Notes under the pieces: generated by a model
Told to the model about the DNA's origin: nothing
The model's input: the letters and a program-made list of their open reading frames with translations, nothing else
Databases searched by the model: none
Origin: Octopus vulgaris
Lineage: Eukaryota
DNA length: 64,000 bases
Assembly: GCA_951406725.2 (NCBI GenBank)
Contig: OX597843.1
Location: 19,716,001-19,780,000, forward strand
Direction: 5' to 3'
Program-made: the position numbers and the translations under genes
Part shown: positions 51,527 through 64,000 of the stretch, piece by piece
How positions within the stretch are numbered: position 1 is the first letter of the stretch
How the letters are laid out: each line of letters opens with the position of its first letter

Positions 51527-53690
51527 CTGATCAAGAAGTAGCCGGACTATAACAAGAAAACTACAATGCGTACCAATCCGGTATTTCATTTCCTGCGAAG
51601 AGTTGTCCCCTTCTCAAGCCACACGTTTCATCCAACGTCCTTTCCATCTAGAACAAATTCGTGCTGTTTATTTGCCAATTGCTTCCTTTAATTGCTCTCT
51701 ATCGACATACATAAGTTCCGCAGACTACTTGCCTGGAAAGATATTACACGACAAACTGTCAGGAATTGTGTCAATGCTACATCATCCACCAACTCAATTC
51801 TGGATTTCTTTAGTACCCTTTCGAAAGTTCCCATAAAGCGTTCAGCTTGTCCGATCGACCTTGGATGATACGGAGGAATAGTCATATGTTCAATTGAGTA
51901 CATCTTGCAAAAAATTCTTATATTCATTCACCGTAAATTCTGTACCGTTATCGGAGACGACGGATATACGGAACACCTGACTTAGCAAAACGTTCGTGTA
52001 AAAATTCCACTTTACCGTGGAGGTCGTTTCTCTACATTTAAACATTTCTGACCATTTTGTAAAGTTATCAACCACTATTAGATAATATGATCGGTTTAAC
52101 GGTCCTGCGGAATCTGTGCAACCTGGTCCATGGAATATCGGTCTTGGGCCAAGGTTGAAATTATATGTCTGGTGATTTCGCTGCAAAGTAGCAAACCCTT
52201 TGCAGGATTTTACCAACTTCTCAATATCTAGATACATTTTCGGCCGTAAACATAGCTCCTCATAAGCGTTTTCATCCTAGAAATTCTTGGATATCCAGTG
52301 TGGAAATCCTTTAACATTTGATTTTGTATTCAGACAGACATTACGGCCCTTTGTGCAATACATAAGCACCTTATCACACATCGAATACAGTTTCGAATCT
52401 GTGTTACGTCCAGCCACATTTTTTCTTGTTTCTTCTGATTTCACTATTTTGTCATTTTCATCATTAACTTGTCCGTCTCTATTTTAATTCTTATTTCTTT
52501 CAATGTGACAGGCAATTCACGCACAACGTTACAAAATATACTTTGTTTTATTTCATTCTCGGCTCTTAACACCGCTATCAGTGTGTCTTTTGACCTCGAC
52601 AAACCATCTGCATGTCCCAATTTTTTAGATGGAAAATACTCCATCTTGAAGTCATAATTCAGCAGGATCGTTCCGCACTGCTGAAGTCTGTGGGCTGCAT
52701 GTGTGGGAATACACTTTTTTGATCCATAGATTGACAATAATGGCCAGTGATCCGTATGCAGACGGAATCGTCTTCCATGTATAAATTCATGGAACTTCTT
52801 TACTGCAAATTTCATGGCTGATGTTTCCTTCTCTATTTGACTCTAACTTTTCTCAGCCGGAAATAAGGAACGCAAAGCATGAGCCACAGCTTTCACGATA
52901 CCATCTTCATATTTGTGTAAAATTACAGCTCAAATACCAAATTTCACTAGCATTTGATGCCACTACCATTTCTAAATTCGGGTCAAAACGTGATAAAGAC
53001 AATTCTGACGTTAAGATGCTTTTAATTGCTTTAAAATCTTTTTGACATTTGTCCGACCAGTTCCACTTAAGTTAATCAGCGGTGCTCTCAAATCATGCAT
53101 ATACGCTATATGTACCTGGTAGTAATTTGTGAGCCCCACCCCAATGCTTGTAACGTTTTAATGTTTCTCGGATGAGGTATATTCTATATTGCACTCGCCT
53201 TTGACGAGTCTAGTCTACGTCTATTTTTATCTATAATCTGCCCCAGATATTATATTCTTGGCATAAATGATTCACACTTTCCCTCGCTGAGCTTAGACCC
53301 ATAATCTTTTATCTTTTCGAAGATTTTTGGCATGCCCAGCATGCTGACTCCGAGATTCACATTTTCATGAGTATATCGTCAAGGTAATCTATATCGAAAT
53401 CCGAACCTGCGAGAATTGTGTCCATAACGTGTTGGAAAATGCCTGGTGCTACGTTTATACCAAACGGAAGAAGTCAATTAAATTTATACAACACTTTATG
53501 GGTATTTATTGTCAATAATTTTGAACATTCCTCATCAACTTGTACCTGCAAATATGCTTCAGAGAAGTCAACTTTGAAAAGATTTCCTCCATTCAACTTC
53601 GCGAAATTTCCTCTGGATTTAGCGACGGATAATTACATGGCAACAAAAATTCGTTTAAACCTGTTGAAAAATCAGTGCAAACTCGTCAGT
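51527..53690 (-). mobile_element. Decayed Ty3/Gypsy LTR retrotransposon pol (RT-RNaseH-integrase)
   Basis: KVDFSEAYLQ, PFGINVAPGIFQ, YLDDIL, FAVKKFHEFIHGRRFRLHTDHWPL, VVSDNGTEFT, PPYHPRSIGQAERF. Domain order RT-RH-IN; no LTRs recognised. Confidence 0.9.
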
Positions 53691-53708
53691 CCTTTTAAAA
53701 TATTTTTA

Positions 53709-54030
53709 TTATTATTGCCTTTGCACTGTTTCTAACGCTAGAGATGTACTACAGTGTCAGCTGTTCACTACTAGTGAACTAAGGTAACACCTCTTATTTT
53801 TCAAGAACCTTCCGGAATATTCGAGCGATTCCAAGCAGTGCTGTTTTCTGCAAGTGCCCCACCCTTATTGTAGCCTCTATTTGTTCCACGTACTTCTCAA
53901 CATTTTAACTCACTGTTCTCAGGGCTCCGACAATTATTGGTACTACTACCACCATTTTCATTGACCATATCTGCTTAACCTCCCAAGCTAACCTGTCATA
54001 TATATCACCTTTTCTTCTCTAGATCGATAG
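53709..54030 (-). mobile_element. R4/Dong-like 3' fragment (second family) ending in (TAA)n
   Basis: DRLAWEVKQIWSMKMVVVVPIIVGAL...LQKTALLGIARIFRKVLE, then 3' UTR and AATAATAATAA. Confidence 0.75.
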
Positions 54031-54092
54031 AAAAGTCCATCATCATCATCATCAACATCATCATTATTATCATCATTATTTTTATTATTATT

Positions 54093-56440
54093 CTATGTTT
54101 GACTTTTGCTTTACATTTGCACAAGCTGGCTCCAAGTCTCACCCAGAGACCTCAAGAGACAACAAATTGGAAGTTCATGTTGGTGTTATGCCTAGGGTGC
54201 GATATATTTGGTTTTGTACTTAGTGTTGTACTAGTGAATGCCTAAAGAACCATACGAAAATTATGTTTGTTTTAAACCTTGAGATTACGAAGAAAATATT
54301 TTGCGTAGGATATGAGCAGTTCCCATGAGCACTATCTTTTGAATTTCTGCCATTTTTGGGTTTCATGGTATCTAAGATAGGGAGCAATCAGCCCCTTTTG
54401 CTACTATTCCCAGGGCACCTATGACAACAGGTATTGTTTTAGTCTTCAGGTTCCCCATTTTGCTGATTTCTATTTCAAGATCTTTATATTTGCTCAGTTT
54501 TTGGTAGGTCTTGACAGATACGTTTATATCGATTGGGACAGTCATTTAGTTCACGTAGTTCAGTTGGGTCAATATTATTATTATTATTATTATTGTTTTC
54601 AATGTTATCTTTCAATTCTGTTTTAACTTTTTTTCGAGAGTCTTTCTGACACTTATCTCAGAGAAACGCACTGTATACATTGGTAGATCATTGAGATAAA
54701 CAAAGCAGAATAGTCATTTACAAAGTCACGTGAAAGGGAGGAAAGAAAGAAAGAGGAAAAGAGAAAAGAGAAAATAAGAAAAGTAAACTGTTGTGGTGAA
54801 AGACCTTAACACCCCTGTGTGTTTAAAAGATGGATTCGTCGGGATGTTTATCGTTGACGACGACAGAGGGCGTTTTGGAGTTTCTGTGAGCAGTAGTCGA
54901 AGTAGGTTGTGTGAAGACACTGCCTTATCTCTGCTGCGTTATATCATTTATCCAAACGTTTAAGGATATGAAAAGAATGGCGAAGTGGTGTTCGAAAGCT
55001 GCAAAAGACGTCAAAATTGAAGGAAACATGTTCTTTGTCTGAAGTCTTCCAATATCATGTCTGGCCTTTTCGCGTCTATCTTTCTGTCGGTTTGAATGGT
55101 GAAGTTCCAGAGGAGTGAGATGTGGTCATTTTCAAGCACTTGAGGTGGTTTGTGTTCCCTCCAGTTTTTTTCATGGGGCAAATCCAGGTTTTTGCAAATT
55201 ACCCAGTGAATATATTGTGCAGCTCTATCGTATCTGTTGAGATACTCTGTAGGCGCTAGAAGACTGCATTTGGAGACAACATGATCAATGGTTCCATTTT
55301 GTTGTTGACATACACGACATGTTGAACTACTGCCGTTCTTTAATATGTTGACCTGGTCGTTCCTTGTAGGTAGGCATTGGTCTTGAGCTGCTATGATAAA
55401 CCCTTCTGTTTCAGATTTTAAACCAGAGGCCATTAGCCATTGATGGCTCAGGCCTTTGTCAACATCTGTATTATTCACTCTCTTTGGGTATTTGCCATTG
55501 AGAGGTTTTTCTTGCCATTCATAATTCTGAATATCTAAGGCCACAGTTTTAGCACAAGATTTCATGCGCTTAGCTTTTTCTGTGCTTGTTTCTTGTATGT
55601 CTATCTCTAATTCCGAATTTTGTGGTATTCGGAATTCACTTAGATATTCCTTTGCCTGTTTTGTTACTGAGTATGATGCTTTCTTGATTACATTTTTTGA
55701 GACAAATTTTAACATCCAGTCCTCAGAGTTTTTCAGGTAGGTGTCTAGGCCAATTGTAGCAACCTTCATTGTTATTGCCAGTTGCAAAAGACCACGGCCT
55801 CCCTCTTTTCCTGGTAGATAAAGTTGATCTATATCTTCCTTAGGGTGGCGTATTCTATGCATTCTCAACAGTTTTCGTATTTTTCTGTCAAGATTACATA
55901 TTTCAGTAATTGACCAGTTAATGATATTGAAACTGTAAGTCACGACTGGTATGGCTAAAGCATTGATCGCTTCGATCCTGTTTCTTGCATTCAGCTTTGT
56001 CTTGAGTATTGCTCTTATTCTGCGATAACAGTCTCCCCTGATCCATTCCTTCATCATTGAATGCCTTATTCCGTTCCCTTCAATTACCCCTAGGTACTTG
56101 TAGCTCTCCACTGGGTCTAACATTCTACTGGTCGAGGTAAACATCAGATGTTTCTATCATTTTTCCTTTGATAAAAGTATCTATTGCACATTTATCGAGG
56201 CCAAATTGCATTCTGATGTCATCACTGGATTGTTTAACAATCGCTAGTAAGCCCTTGGGTTGTTGGTCATTTTTTGCAAAGAGCTTTAAATCATCCATGT
56301 AAATGAGATGGTTTATATTTTTATCCAACATTTTATATCCGTGCTGTGCGTCATTGAGCAATATTGTGGGAGGTATTAAGGCTAAACAAAAGAGGAGTGG
56401 TGATAGTGAGTCACCCTGGAAAATGCCACACGAAATTCTC
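54093..56440 (-). mobile_element. 5'-truncated R4/Dong-like non-LTR retrotransposon (RT, CCHC, RLE) split by a ~475-bp insertion
   Basis: GIFQGDSLSPLLF, HLIYMDDLKLFAK, FGLDKC, YKYLG, EGGRGL, AAQDQCL, CRVC..TIDHVVSKC, KRPDMIL (55011-56440). Resumes at 54545 with MTVPIDINVS...SKYKDLEIEI...PVVIGALG...QKIVLMGTAHILRK; (TAA) tail. Confidence 0.92.
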
Positions 56441-57091
56441 TTGGATAACTGGGAAGTGGACGCTCCTATATAGAAGAAGGCATCGGTACCGGTTGTAGTA
56501 CAATTAATAACTTCCCAGTTATCCGAGAGATGTTCAAACCACTATTCAACATTTAGGGATAGTAAAAAACGACATACTACAGGGCTAAGTAAATTAGTTT
56601 GGCGTCTTAAAGACAACAATATAATTTTCAAGTTAGATTGGTTCATACTGACTGTATCCTTTCCTTTTGATAAGGGCAGGAGATTTTGTAACATTTGCAA
56701 TTCTGAACTCTTCCATATTCGCTTCTCTAAGGTTCCCCTAGTAAACACACTCATAGAAAAATCATACAAATGTAAACACAGGCAGAAACACACTTTCTAC
56801 TCATGTAAATGATAACGATAGTCACTGTGGTTTGAACAATTAGCTTTACGTCCACCCCACTTCTATAGAGAAATTCTTTCCTAAGCCTTCGAACATTCTT
56901 TCAATCAACGTACCCTTCCCTCTCCACTTGTTCCCTACCTATTATACCTTTATCCCTTCTCTTCCTACTATCTATCTTTGACGTCAATGCTTTTAACGGT
57001 TTTTTAAAAAAAACACTCATTATCGCTTTGTTTACCATGTAGGCAATCATCGAAATTTTTGTTTGTCTTGTTGTCGAGAGAGGCTCCCTTT

Positions 57092-57173
57092 CTTTCCTGA
57101 TGAGAAGATTGCATAATGCACCCATTATTCCTTTGGAATGAAAACATGCTGTCTTCGAAACATATGTCGAGAG
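57092..57173 (+). ncRNA. Minimal type I hammerhead ribozyme motif
   Basis: CTTTC-CTGATGA-GAAGA...TCTTC-GAAAC-ATAT-GTC-GAGAG. Canonical core, 5-bp stem I (one G-U), 5-bp stem II; predicted cleavage after C57168. Confidence 0.85.
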
Positions 57174-57377
57174 TAAAGGAATTTTGTTAACATCTTCGTT
57201 CGACTCCATTCTTTCATTTATTCCTATACAACACACAAATTTCTGTACATGAACCCGGAGTTTCTACCCTTGGACAGGTCGCTTCAACCGTGTTTCTGAC
57301 GTGAATTTGCTACCCAGGTTTCGGTTAAACGAATTTTCCATGCTGACGATAAACATAGGATAATTCATTCACCTACT

Positions 57378-57439
<62 letters not shown>

Positions 57440-57559
57440 TATTTATGTATATATATATATATATATATATGTATACATACATACATATATATATATATAT
57501 ATTTATGTATATATGTATATATATATACATATACATATATATACATAAATATATATGTA

Positions 57560-57636
<77 letters not shown>

Positions 57637-57690
57637 GAAATATTAAAATTACTAAGTCTCTATAATAGAGATTGCAGAAGCGTTTACTGG

Positions 57691-57953
57691 AAATTAATTG
57701 TTATCGCCATATTAATATGTCATTCTTATAGAAATAAGAATAATCGCTGCTGCTGGTCAGCTCCATGAGGCCACCGCCATCACGATAGCTATTGATACAC
57801 GACTGTATCCATTATAACCTTGTTCGAAGGTTATAATGGATACAGTCGTGTATCAATAGCTATCGTGATGGCGGTGGCCTCATGGAGCTGACCAGCAGCA
57901 GCGATTATTCTTATTTCTATAAGAATGACATATTAATATGGCGATAACAATTA

Positions 57954-57957
<4 letters not shown>
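57691..57957. repeat. Perfect palindrome, 131-bp arms, 5-nt loop
   Basis: 57691-57821 is the exact reverse complement of 57827-57957; loop gttcg; lies between (TA)n tracts. Confidence 0.97.
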
Positions 57958-58003
<46 letters not shown>

Positions 58004-58100
58004 TTAATCCAAACAAGAAAACACAAAAAAACACAGCAACGCGAGGACGTGGAACAATTAAAGTATTATTGGACGCTCAGGAAAGAAGGGAAGAAGGAGA

Positions 58101-58135
58101 GTTTAACGTTTCGAGCGGACCTCTTCGTCGGAAAC
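58101..58135 (-). ncRNA. Ultra-minimal hammerhead-like motif (CCGACGA core variant)
   Basis: GTTT-CCGACGA-AGAG-GTCCG-CTC-GAAA-CG-TT-AAAC. Stem I GTTT/AAAC, palindromic AACGTT. Confidence 0.5.
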
Positions 58136-58946
58136 AAAGGAGAAGGAAAGATCCCGAGAAGGGAAGACAGAGGAAAAACAATGCTGGCGGTGCTCACGAG
58201 GTCACACATATATACATACAGTTTAGCGCATTCATAGGCTAACAAAACCCCCAAAAAAAGGCCCGGGTAGCATAGGCTTTAATTATTATTTGTATATACA
58301 TTTAAATAATTGTTATTTCAACTCAAGTTGCTTTTCGAACCAACCAACCAACGTCGTAGGGTGAGGTATGATTGTGTGTGTGTGTGTGTGTATTAGTGTC
58401 TCTCCCCTACTACCGCTTGACAACCTGGTGTCGGGGTATTTACCAATTTCGTGGATCGGAAGGAAGATACCGATAAAATAAGTACGAGGCTAAGCAAAAA
58501 TAAAATAATAAATAAGAAGTACTGGGGTCGATTCGGTCGACTAAAGTTTCTTCCAAGGCAGTGCCCCAACATGGCCACAGTGTAATGAGTGAAGTAAGTA
58601 AAAAATAGTACGAATTAAGATTTGGAAGTTAAGGGAGGTAACTCTAAGTAATTTGCCTTATAAAAGCGAGGAAGAAATGCGATGCGATAGAGTGATATAT
58701 AATGAAGAGGCAAGGGGAGTAAGGAAGAAAGAGAAGATGGAGTGAGAGTGGGAGGTAGAGAGGAAATACGAAAGCTAGAATGATTCTGTAATATACAACA
58801 AGGTTAGAGAGAGGGGGAGAGGCGAGAGGGGCTGAGAGTGGGATAGAAAGAGAGGGAGAGAGAGAGGGGAGAAAGAGAGAGATAGAGACAGCATGAGAGA
58901 GATGAGAGAGAGAGAGAGATTAATACGATGGAATGAATGTGTATAC

Positions 58947-59280
58947 AGGTGTGGCTGTGAGATCAAAGAAGTGTGTTTTCCAACCACATGGTTCCGGGTT
59001 CAATCCGACTGCACGGTAATATTGTAAAGTTTCCTTTACTATACGGTTGGACCGACCAAAGCCTTGTGAACGGATTTGGTAGATGGAAACTGAAAGAAGC
59101 CCGAAGTATGTATAAGTATAAATCAACCGGTGTTGATGTATTTACGTCTCCGTTTGTTAGCGGTGCGGCAAAAAGAGATCGATTGGTTTATAAAATGTTG
59201 TCCTTGGATGGTTTTGTTCTATTAAAACCCTTCAGCATGGCCGCAGTCAGACAACTGAAATCAGTAAAAGAATACCAGGC
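58947..59280 (+). mobile_element. tRNA-derived SINE (aggcgtggctgtgtggtaag family)
   Basis: A/B-box-like head (GGTTCAATCC). Relatives at 60517-60670 (+), 42370-42535 (-) and 46175-46320 (-). Confidence 0.7.
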
Positions 59281-60145
59281 TATACAGATGTGTGTGTGTG
59301 CCTCTGTCTGTCTGTATGTCTATCTCTGTCTGTGTGTATGTGTGTGTGCGTGTGCATATGTATGTATGTAAATAATGTGTTGGTAACAATTTTTTCTTAG
59401 ACGTTTCTTAAAATGTCTTTCACTTTTCTATTTAAAAATATATCACGGTGCTTCGTTTCTATCTCTAGCATAATCCCAGACCATATAATGGACAATACTT
59501 GATAAATGCTTCGTAAACTGTCCTTCAATTTTTTATATGAAAAACTACAGAGACATGAAGGATATTGGTTGCTGCTTCTAGCTTTGTCATACCACCATTA
59601 TGTCTATTTCTTTTCTAAGTATGCCGTAAGTATCCTTCGCTTTGGAAAATGTAAATCAAAGTAAATTTGATGGTTCCCGTATTCTGTTTTGATATTCAAG
59701 AAAGGCAATAAATATAAAAAACAGGAATTTTTCTTACAGTGTCCTTCAATTTGGTATGAAATACAAGACGAGTTTGTGAACGACTCACTGTTATTTTTAG
59801 CATCATGTGAACTCAGGAACAAGACAACTATTCTTGGAGATGTTTCTTAACCTGTCCCTGTATACCAAGATTATTTAATAATTTAGATTAATAACTCCAT
59901 AACAATTATATAATTAATAAATAGATGCAGATTGATCTTTGTGGTTCAGATGTTTGATAGCTCCGGATTTCCCAATGCCCTGAAATGGAAATGATAGAAG
60001 GAAACATATGTGTGAGTGTGTGTGAGTGTGTGTGTGAGATTGAGTGTGTGTGTGTGTATGAGTGAAAGTGTGTGCTTGTGTGTGAGTGAGTGTGTGTGTG
60101 TGTATGTGTGTGTGTGTGTGAGTGTGTGTGTGAGTGTGTGTGAGA

Positions 60146-60184
<39 letters not shown>

Positions 60185-61558
60185 AGTGAGTGTGTGTGTG
60201 TGTGTGAGTGAAAGTGTGTGTTTGTGTGTGAGTGTGTGTGTACGTTTGTTTGCATTTGTATTTGTATTTGTACGTGTGTGACTTTGTACCGTTTCCTTGA
60301 TTGCCACATGAGCATTGCGCTTGTTTTGCTTCCGTGCCAGGACCTAGCAGTTTGACAATAGACACCGAACCAATAAGTACAACACTTACAAAATAAAGTC
60401 TCACGCTACGTACATTCGAGCAAAACTGTTCAAGACGTTGCCCCAGCATGGTCGCAGAACACTCATTGGAACAAATAAAGTTGAAAAATAATGAACGAAA
60501 AAATAAATTTATAAACAGGCGTGGCTGTGTGGTAAGGAGCTTCAGTCTCAAGCACATGGTTCTAGGTTCAATCCAACTGCATCACAACTAGAGCAACTAT
60601 TTTCTATTATAACCTTAGGCCGACTAAAGTCTGGTAAGTGGATTTGGTAGATAGAAACTGAAAGAAGCCCATCAGGGGATATGTATATATCCCCTGATGA
60701 CTATATTTCATTGTTGTTTCAGTTTTGTTCCCTTTTTGAATCTCATTCATGTACTACTTTGCAGTAGTAGACAGAGCATATAGATAGGTGTTAATCTGCC
60801 AGAATGAGGGTCCATTACACTGCTGTAAATAGACATCCCCAATTTCGTTAAAAGCTGTTAGTATTATATCTGGTGGGTTTTTTTTTACTTTGGTAGAGAA
60901 TACTCTCTTCTCGAGAGACCACTTCAAAGCGGGAGTTGTTTTTTTTCGGGTTTTGTTTCACCTTTTTGTAGCAGTTAAATAGATCAATATTCAATCCATA
61001 ACTTCAAGTGTAATGATTTTGTAATTACAGTTTCTTCTATAACTACAGTTAGAAAGAGCTGAACAGGGATGAAGATAATGGCTAGCTTGCAAAAAGTTGA
61101 TTAGCACCACCAAAAAGGGTGAATAGTAACATAACCTAGTTCTTCTGAACTATACCTACCCCTTGTTCAGTGAGGTCAACATCAACCTCTAGCTATTATT
61201 AGAACAGAATCTAAGACATACGTGCTACAATTCAGTTGGAATGAACTCTCCATCCGTTAGGATGGAAAATATAACAGTCAATGTTTGCCCTGATAGCAGT
61301 AAGCTTTGTCCCTGATGAAGGCTTTTGCTTTTCTCAAATTCATAAAGCAATTTAATTGCATAAATATGCATTTAAGTAATAAACCAAAAGGCGCGTACGC
61401 AACATGAATTGACTTTTATAATAAATATATTGATTATTCTATCTATGCTTTTCCATTTTCTTCAAGTTTTTATATTTTACATTTTTATATTTTTATATTT
61501 ATATGTATGTGGAAAAATAATTTTTTCATAATTTTTTCACAATTATAACAAATTAAAT

Positions 61559-61654
61559 TCTCTGAAGAGGCCGTGGGGCATCCTTGTTAATGCCTCATTT
61601 ATACCTGCCTTTAAATGAGGTATGACTGCCCTTACTGCCGAAACAGCTGTCAGA
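61559..61654 (+). ncRNA. Minimal type I hammerhead ribozyme motif with extended stem II
   Basis: TCT-CTGAAGA-GGC.GTGGGGCA...ATGCCTCATTTA/TAAATGAGGTAT...TGCCCTTACTGCC-GAAAC-AGCT-GTC-AGA. Predicted cleavage after C61651. Confidence 0.8.
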
Positions 61655-61839
61655 TATGATATAATTACATATTATATTTTATATTTTATATTTCTATTTC
61701 CTTGTCTATTTATATTTACTATATATGTTGTATAATGCCTTTACTGATATGTAATGGTGTAATAAAGTATTGATTGGGTATCACCTGATGGTTGATGTTT
61801 TATTGATTTAAGTATGTTTCTCCATTTTCTAATTTTGTA

Positions 61840-61918
<79 letters not shown>

Positions 61919-62326
61919 TTGCTTCTCTTTTGTTACCAATGCATTTAAATCCTAAGAGCGAAACATTTTCAAACTTTGCATGAAAGGTCCTCGGATTCAG
62001 TTATAAGTTCTCCTCAAATTTGGACCTATTTTTGTTTAAGGCACGGAAAATAATCCTGATTTAACGAAAATTTGTCGGACGTCAGCGATAGGTAGCCCAT
62101 TAAGTTGGAATTTCTTCGTTTTGACGGATTTTTCAGGGTCCTTTTTATTCACGGTGCCCTTGGAAATAATGTGGAGAATCTTTTTAACAAGAAGCGAAAT
62201 TAAATGTCTCCCCCTCCACTCCCAATCTTCTCCCTCCGAGCCTATTTTAGTCGATTTTGTGGGCACTATGCACAATGAGTTTTGGAGGTATTACGCATTT
62301 GAAAACTATAGGAAAAGCCTTTCCGG

Positions 62327-62363
<37 letters not shown>

Positions 62364-62412
62364 TGTATATATATATATGTATGTATGTATATGTATATAT
62401 ATATAGATATAC

Positions 62413-62473
<61 letters not shown>

Positions 62474-63319
62474 GAGTGAGCGTTAATTGACTTAATGTGA
62501 AGCAGTGCCTGGATTCGGCGGCGCCCTAAGCACCACTTGAGAGTCTATCGGACGTACTCTTGCCTTTATTTGGCGATTCGCTCGAGTCGTTCACTCTGAC
62601 AAAACTTCGAGTCAGCGGCGGAATACTCATTACTTAAAAGACACAAGAACACACAAACTAGTACTCGATCTGGCGTCTGTGGTGAAGACACAAATCCTTA
62701 GGCTTGTACACAATGAGGTCGCGAGACAGAGCATAGGCGGCTATTGCAGCAACAGAAATCACTTAACGTATAACACGATCAAACACTTGGGATCGATCGA
62801 TTCTTAGAGGCTATGGTGTATGTTCGATTTGGCGGCACAATGCGTAGCACGTAAAATGTATCGGATTTACTACGGCCATTTATCGAAACATCGATCGACT
62901 CGTTCACTCTTATGCCTCGAGACATTGTACAGGGTCGATGCGGCAGCAGTAGGTTTCCCTTGGTGCATAACAGATGAACATATGCACTCACATTGGACCA
63001 AGCGCATATTCTCGAAATGACTACGGCGAAGCTTCGATTGGGAGGCACAATACACAGCATTAAAAATGTAACACTTCTCAGATATCCTGCCCGGTCGTGA
63101 CATCCAACAGTTTCCGATTGGATCAAACCTCCTGTACTACCTGAGATTCCCACCTATTTGCCTGGACTTAGTGGACATACTGAATGTATGCGGTCTCTCC
63201 CGGCCGGATCAGCAGAAGATTGAATTTAGTAACGATTTCCTCGTTCGTCTCGGCGAGGTTTGTGGCCCTCGCTATCGCTCGTACGAGAGCATCATAACTT
63301 AACAGAAAAAAACAAACTT

Positions 63320-64000
63320 AAAAGTGCGCATTTCCACTTGCAGTTCTCTGCTCAGGAGAAAGAAATGGTCCATTTGTGAAAAGAATGTTGACGTGTCATG
63401 AGAAATGGGTTATTTTTAATACCATAAAAGAAAAACGTCCTGGGGAAAACGAGATGAACCACCTTCAATTTTTCCAAAACCTAGTCTGTATCCGAAGAAG
63501 GTGATGCTCTGTATCTGGTGAGATTGGAAGGGTATTTTATATTACGAGCTACGTTCACAAAATCAGACGTTACTTTCAGACTACTATTGTTCCAGATTAG
63601 ACTGATAAAAGGAGGCAATTGATGAAAAACGTCCGGAATTGTCCAACCGAAAAGGTATCGTCTTACATCCGGACAACGCTAGACCGCACGTTTCTTTGCA
63701 GACCAGGCAGAAACTGACACAGCTTGGATGGAATGTCCAACCCTACCCACCATACTCACCTGAGCTTGCAATTTCTGATTATCATTTATTCTGATCCTTG
63801 CTGGGAAGAAGTTCAGTTCTATAAAATCTTACATCGATTCAACAGCCAGAAGGATACCAAGTTCTGGGAGGAAGGGATCATGAAGCTGCCTCAGAGATGG
63901 AGAAATGTAGTGGAGTAAAATAGAAAATATGTAGTTGAGTAAAGGTATGTACAGCTACCTGATTATTGTAAATGAATTTTACTTAAAAACGCTACGCACT
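63320..64000 (+). mobile_element. Decayed mariner transposase, catalytic half
   Basis: PKKVMLCIW*DWKGILYYEL, RPELSNRKGIVLHPDNARPHVS, PPYSPELAISDYHLF, GIMKLPQRWRNVVE (DD34D-type motifs). Runs to the window edge. Confidence 0.9.

Noticed and set aside
60670-60699. Short palindrome catcaggggatat..atatcccctgatg
   Set aside because: Real but short, at a SINE tail/TA junction; no further structure to support a function.

Overview
AT-rich, microsatellite-dense animal genomic DNA. The repeat landscape and gene style point to an octopus (coleoid cephalopod); this is inference. Almost all ORFs in the track are microsatellite artefacts. One host gene is visible: five minus-strand exons (18923-19034, 16116-16285, 14714-14936, 14197-14368, 4582-4739) of an adhesion-GPCR-like extracellular region (HormR + GAIN-A). 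It has an apparent 1-nt frameshift and a lost conserved Cys, so it may be a pseudogene. The rest is decayed mobile DNA: Hero-like and R4/Dong-like RLE retroposons (the latter sitting in (TAA)n), RTE, Tx1/L1, Gypsy, Penelope-like fragments, two mariners, a Chapaev-like transposase relic, Helitrons and tRNA-derived SINEs. The most notable signal is a set of minimal type I hammerhead ribozyme motifs. Three are canonical (199-274 -, 57092-57173 +, 61559-61654 +) and several are variant or decayed. They lie in short non-coding elements next to (TA)n tracts, and the best copies each have a different palindromic stem-III loop. There are also long fold-back palindromes, including a perfect one with 131-bp arms. 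The 38-48 kb interval shows periodic 'ghost' copies of other sequences and looks like an assembly-consensus artefact over a tandem array or duplication.
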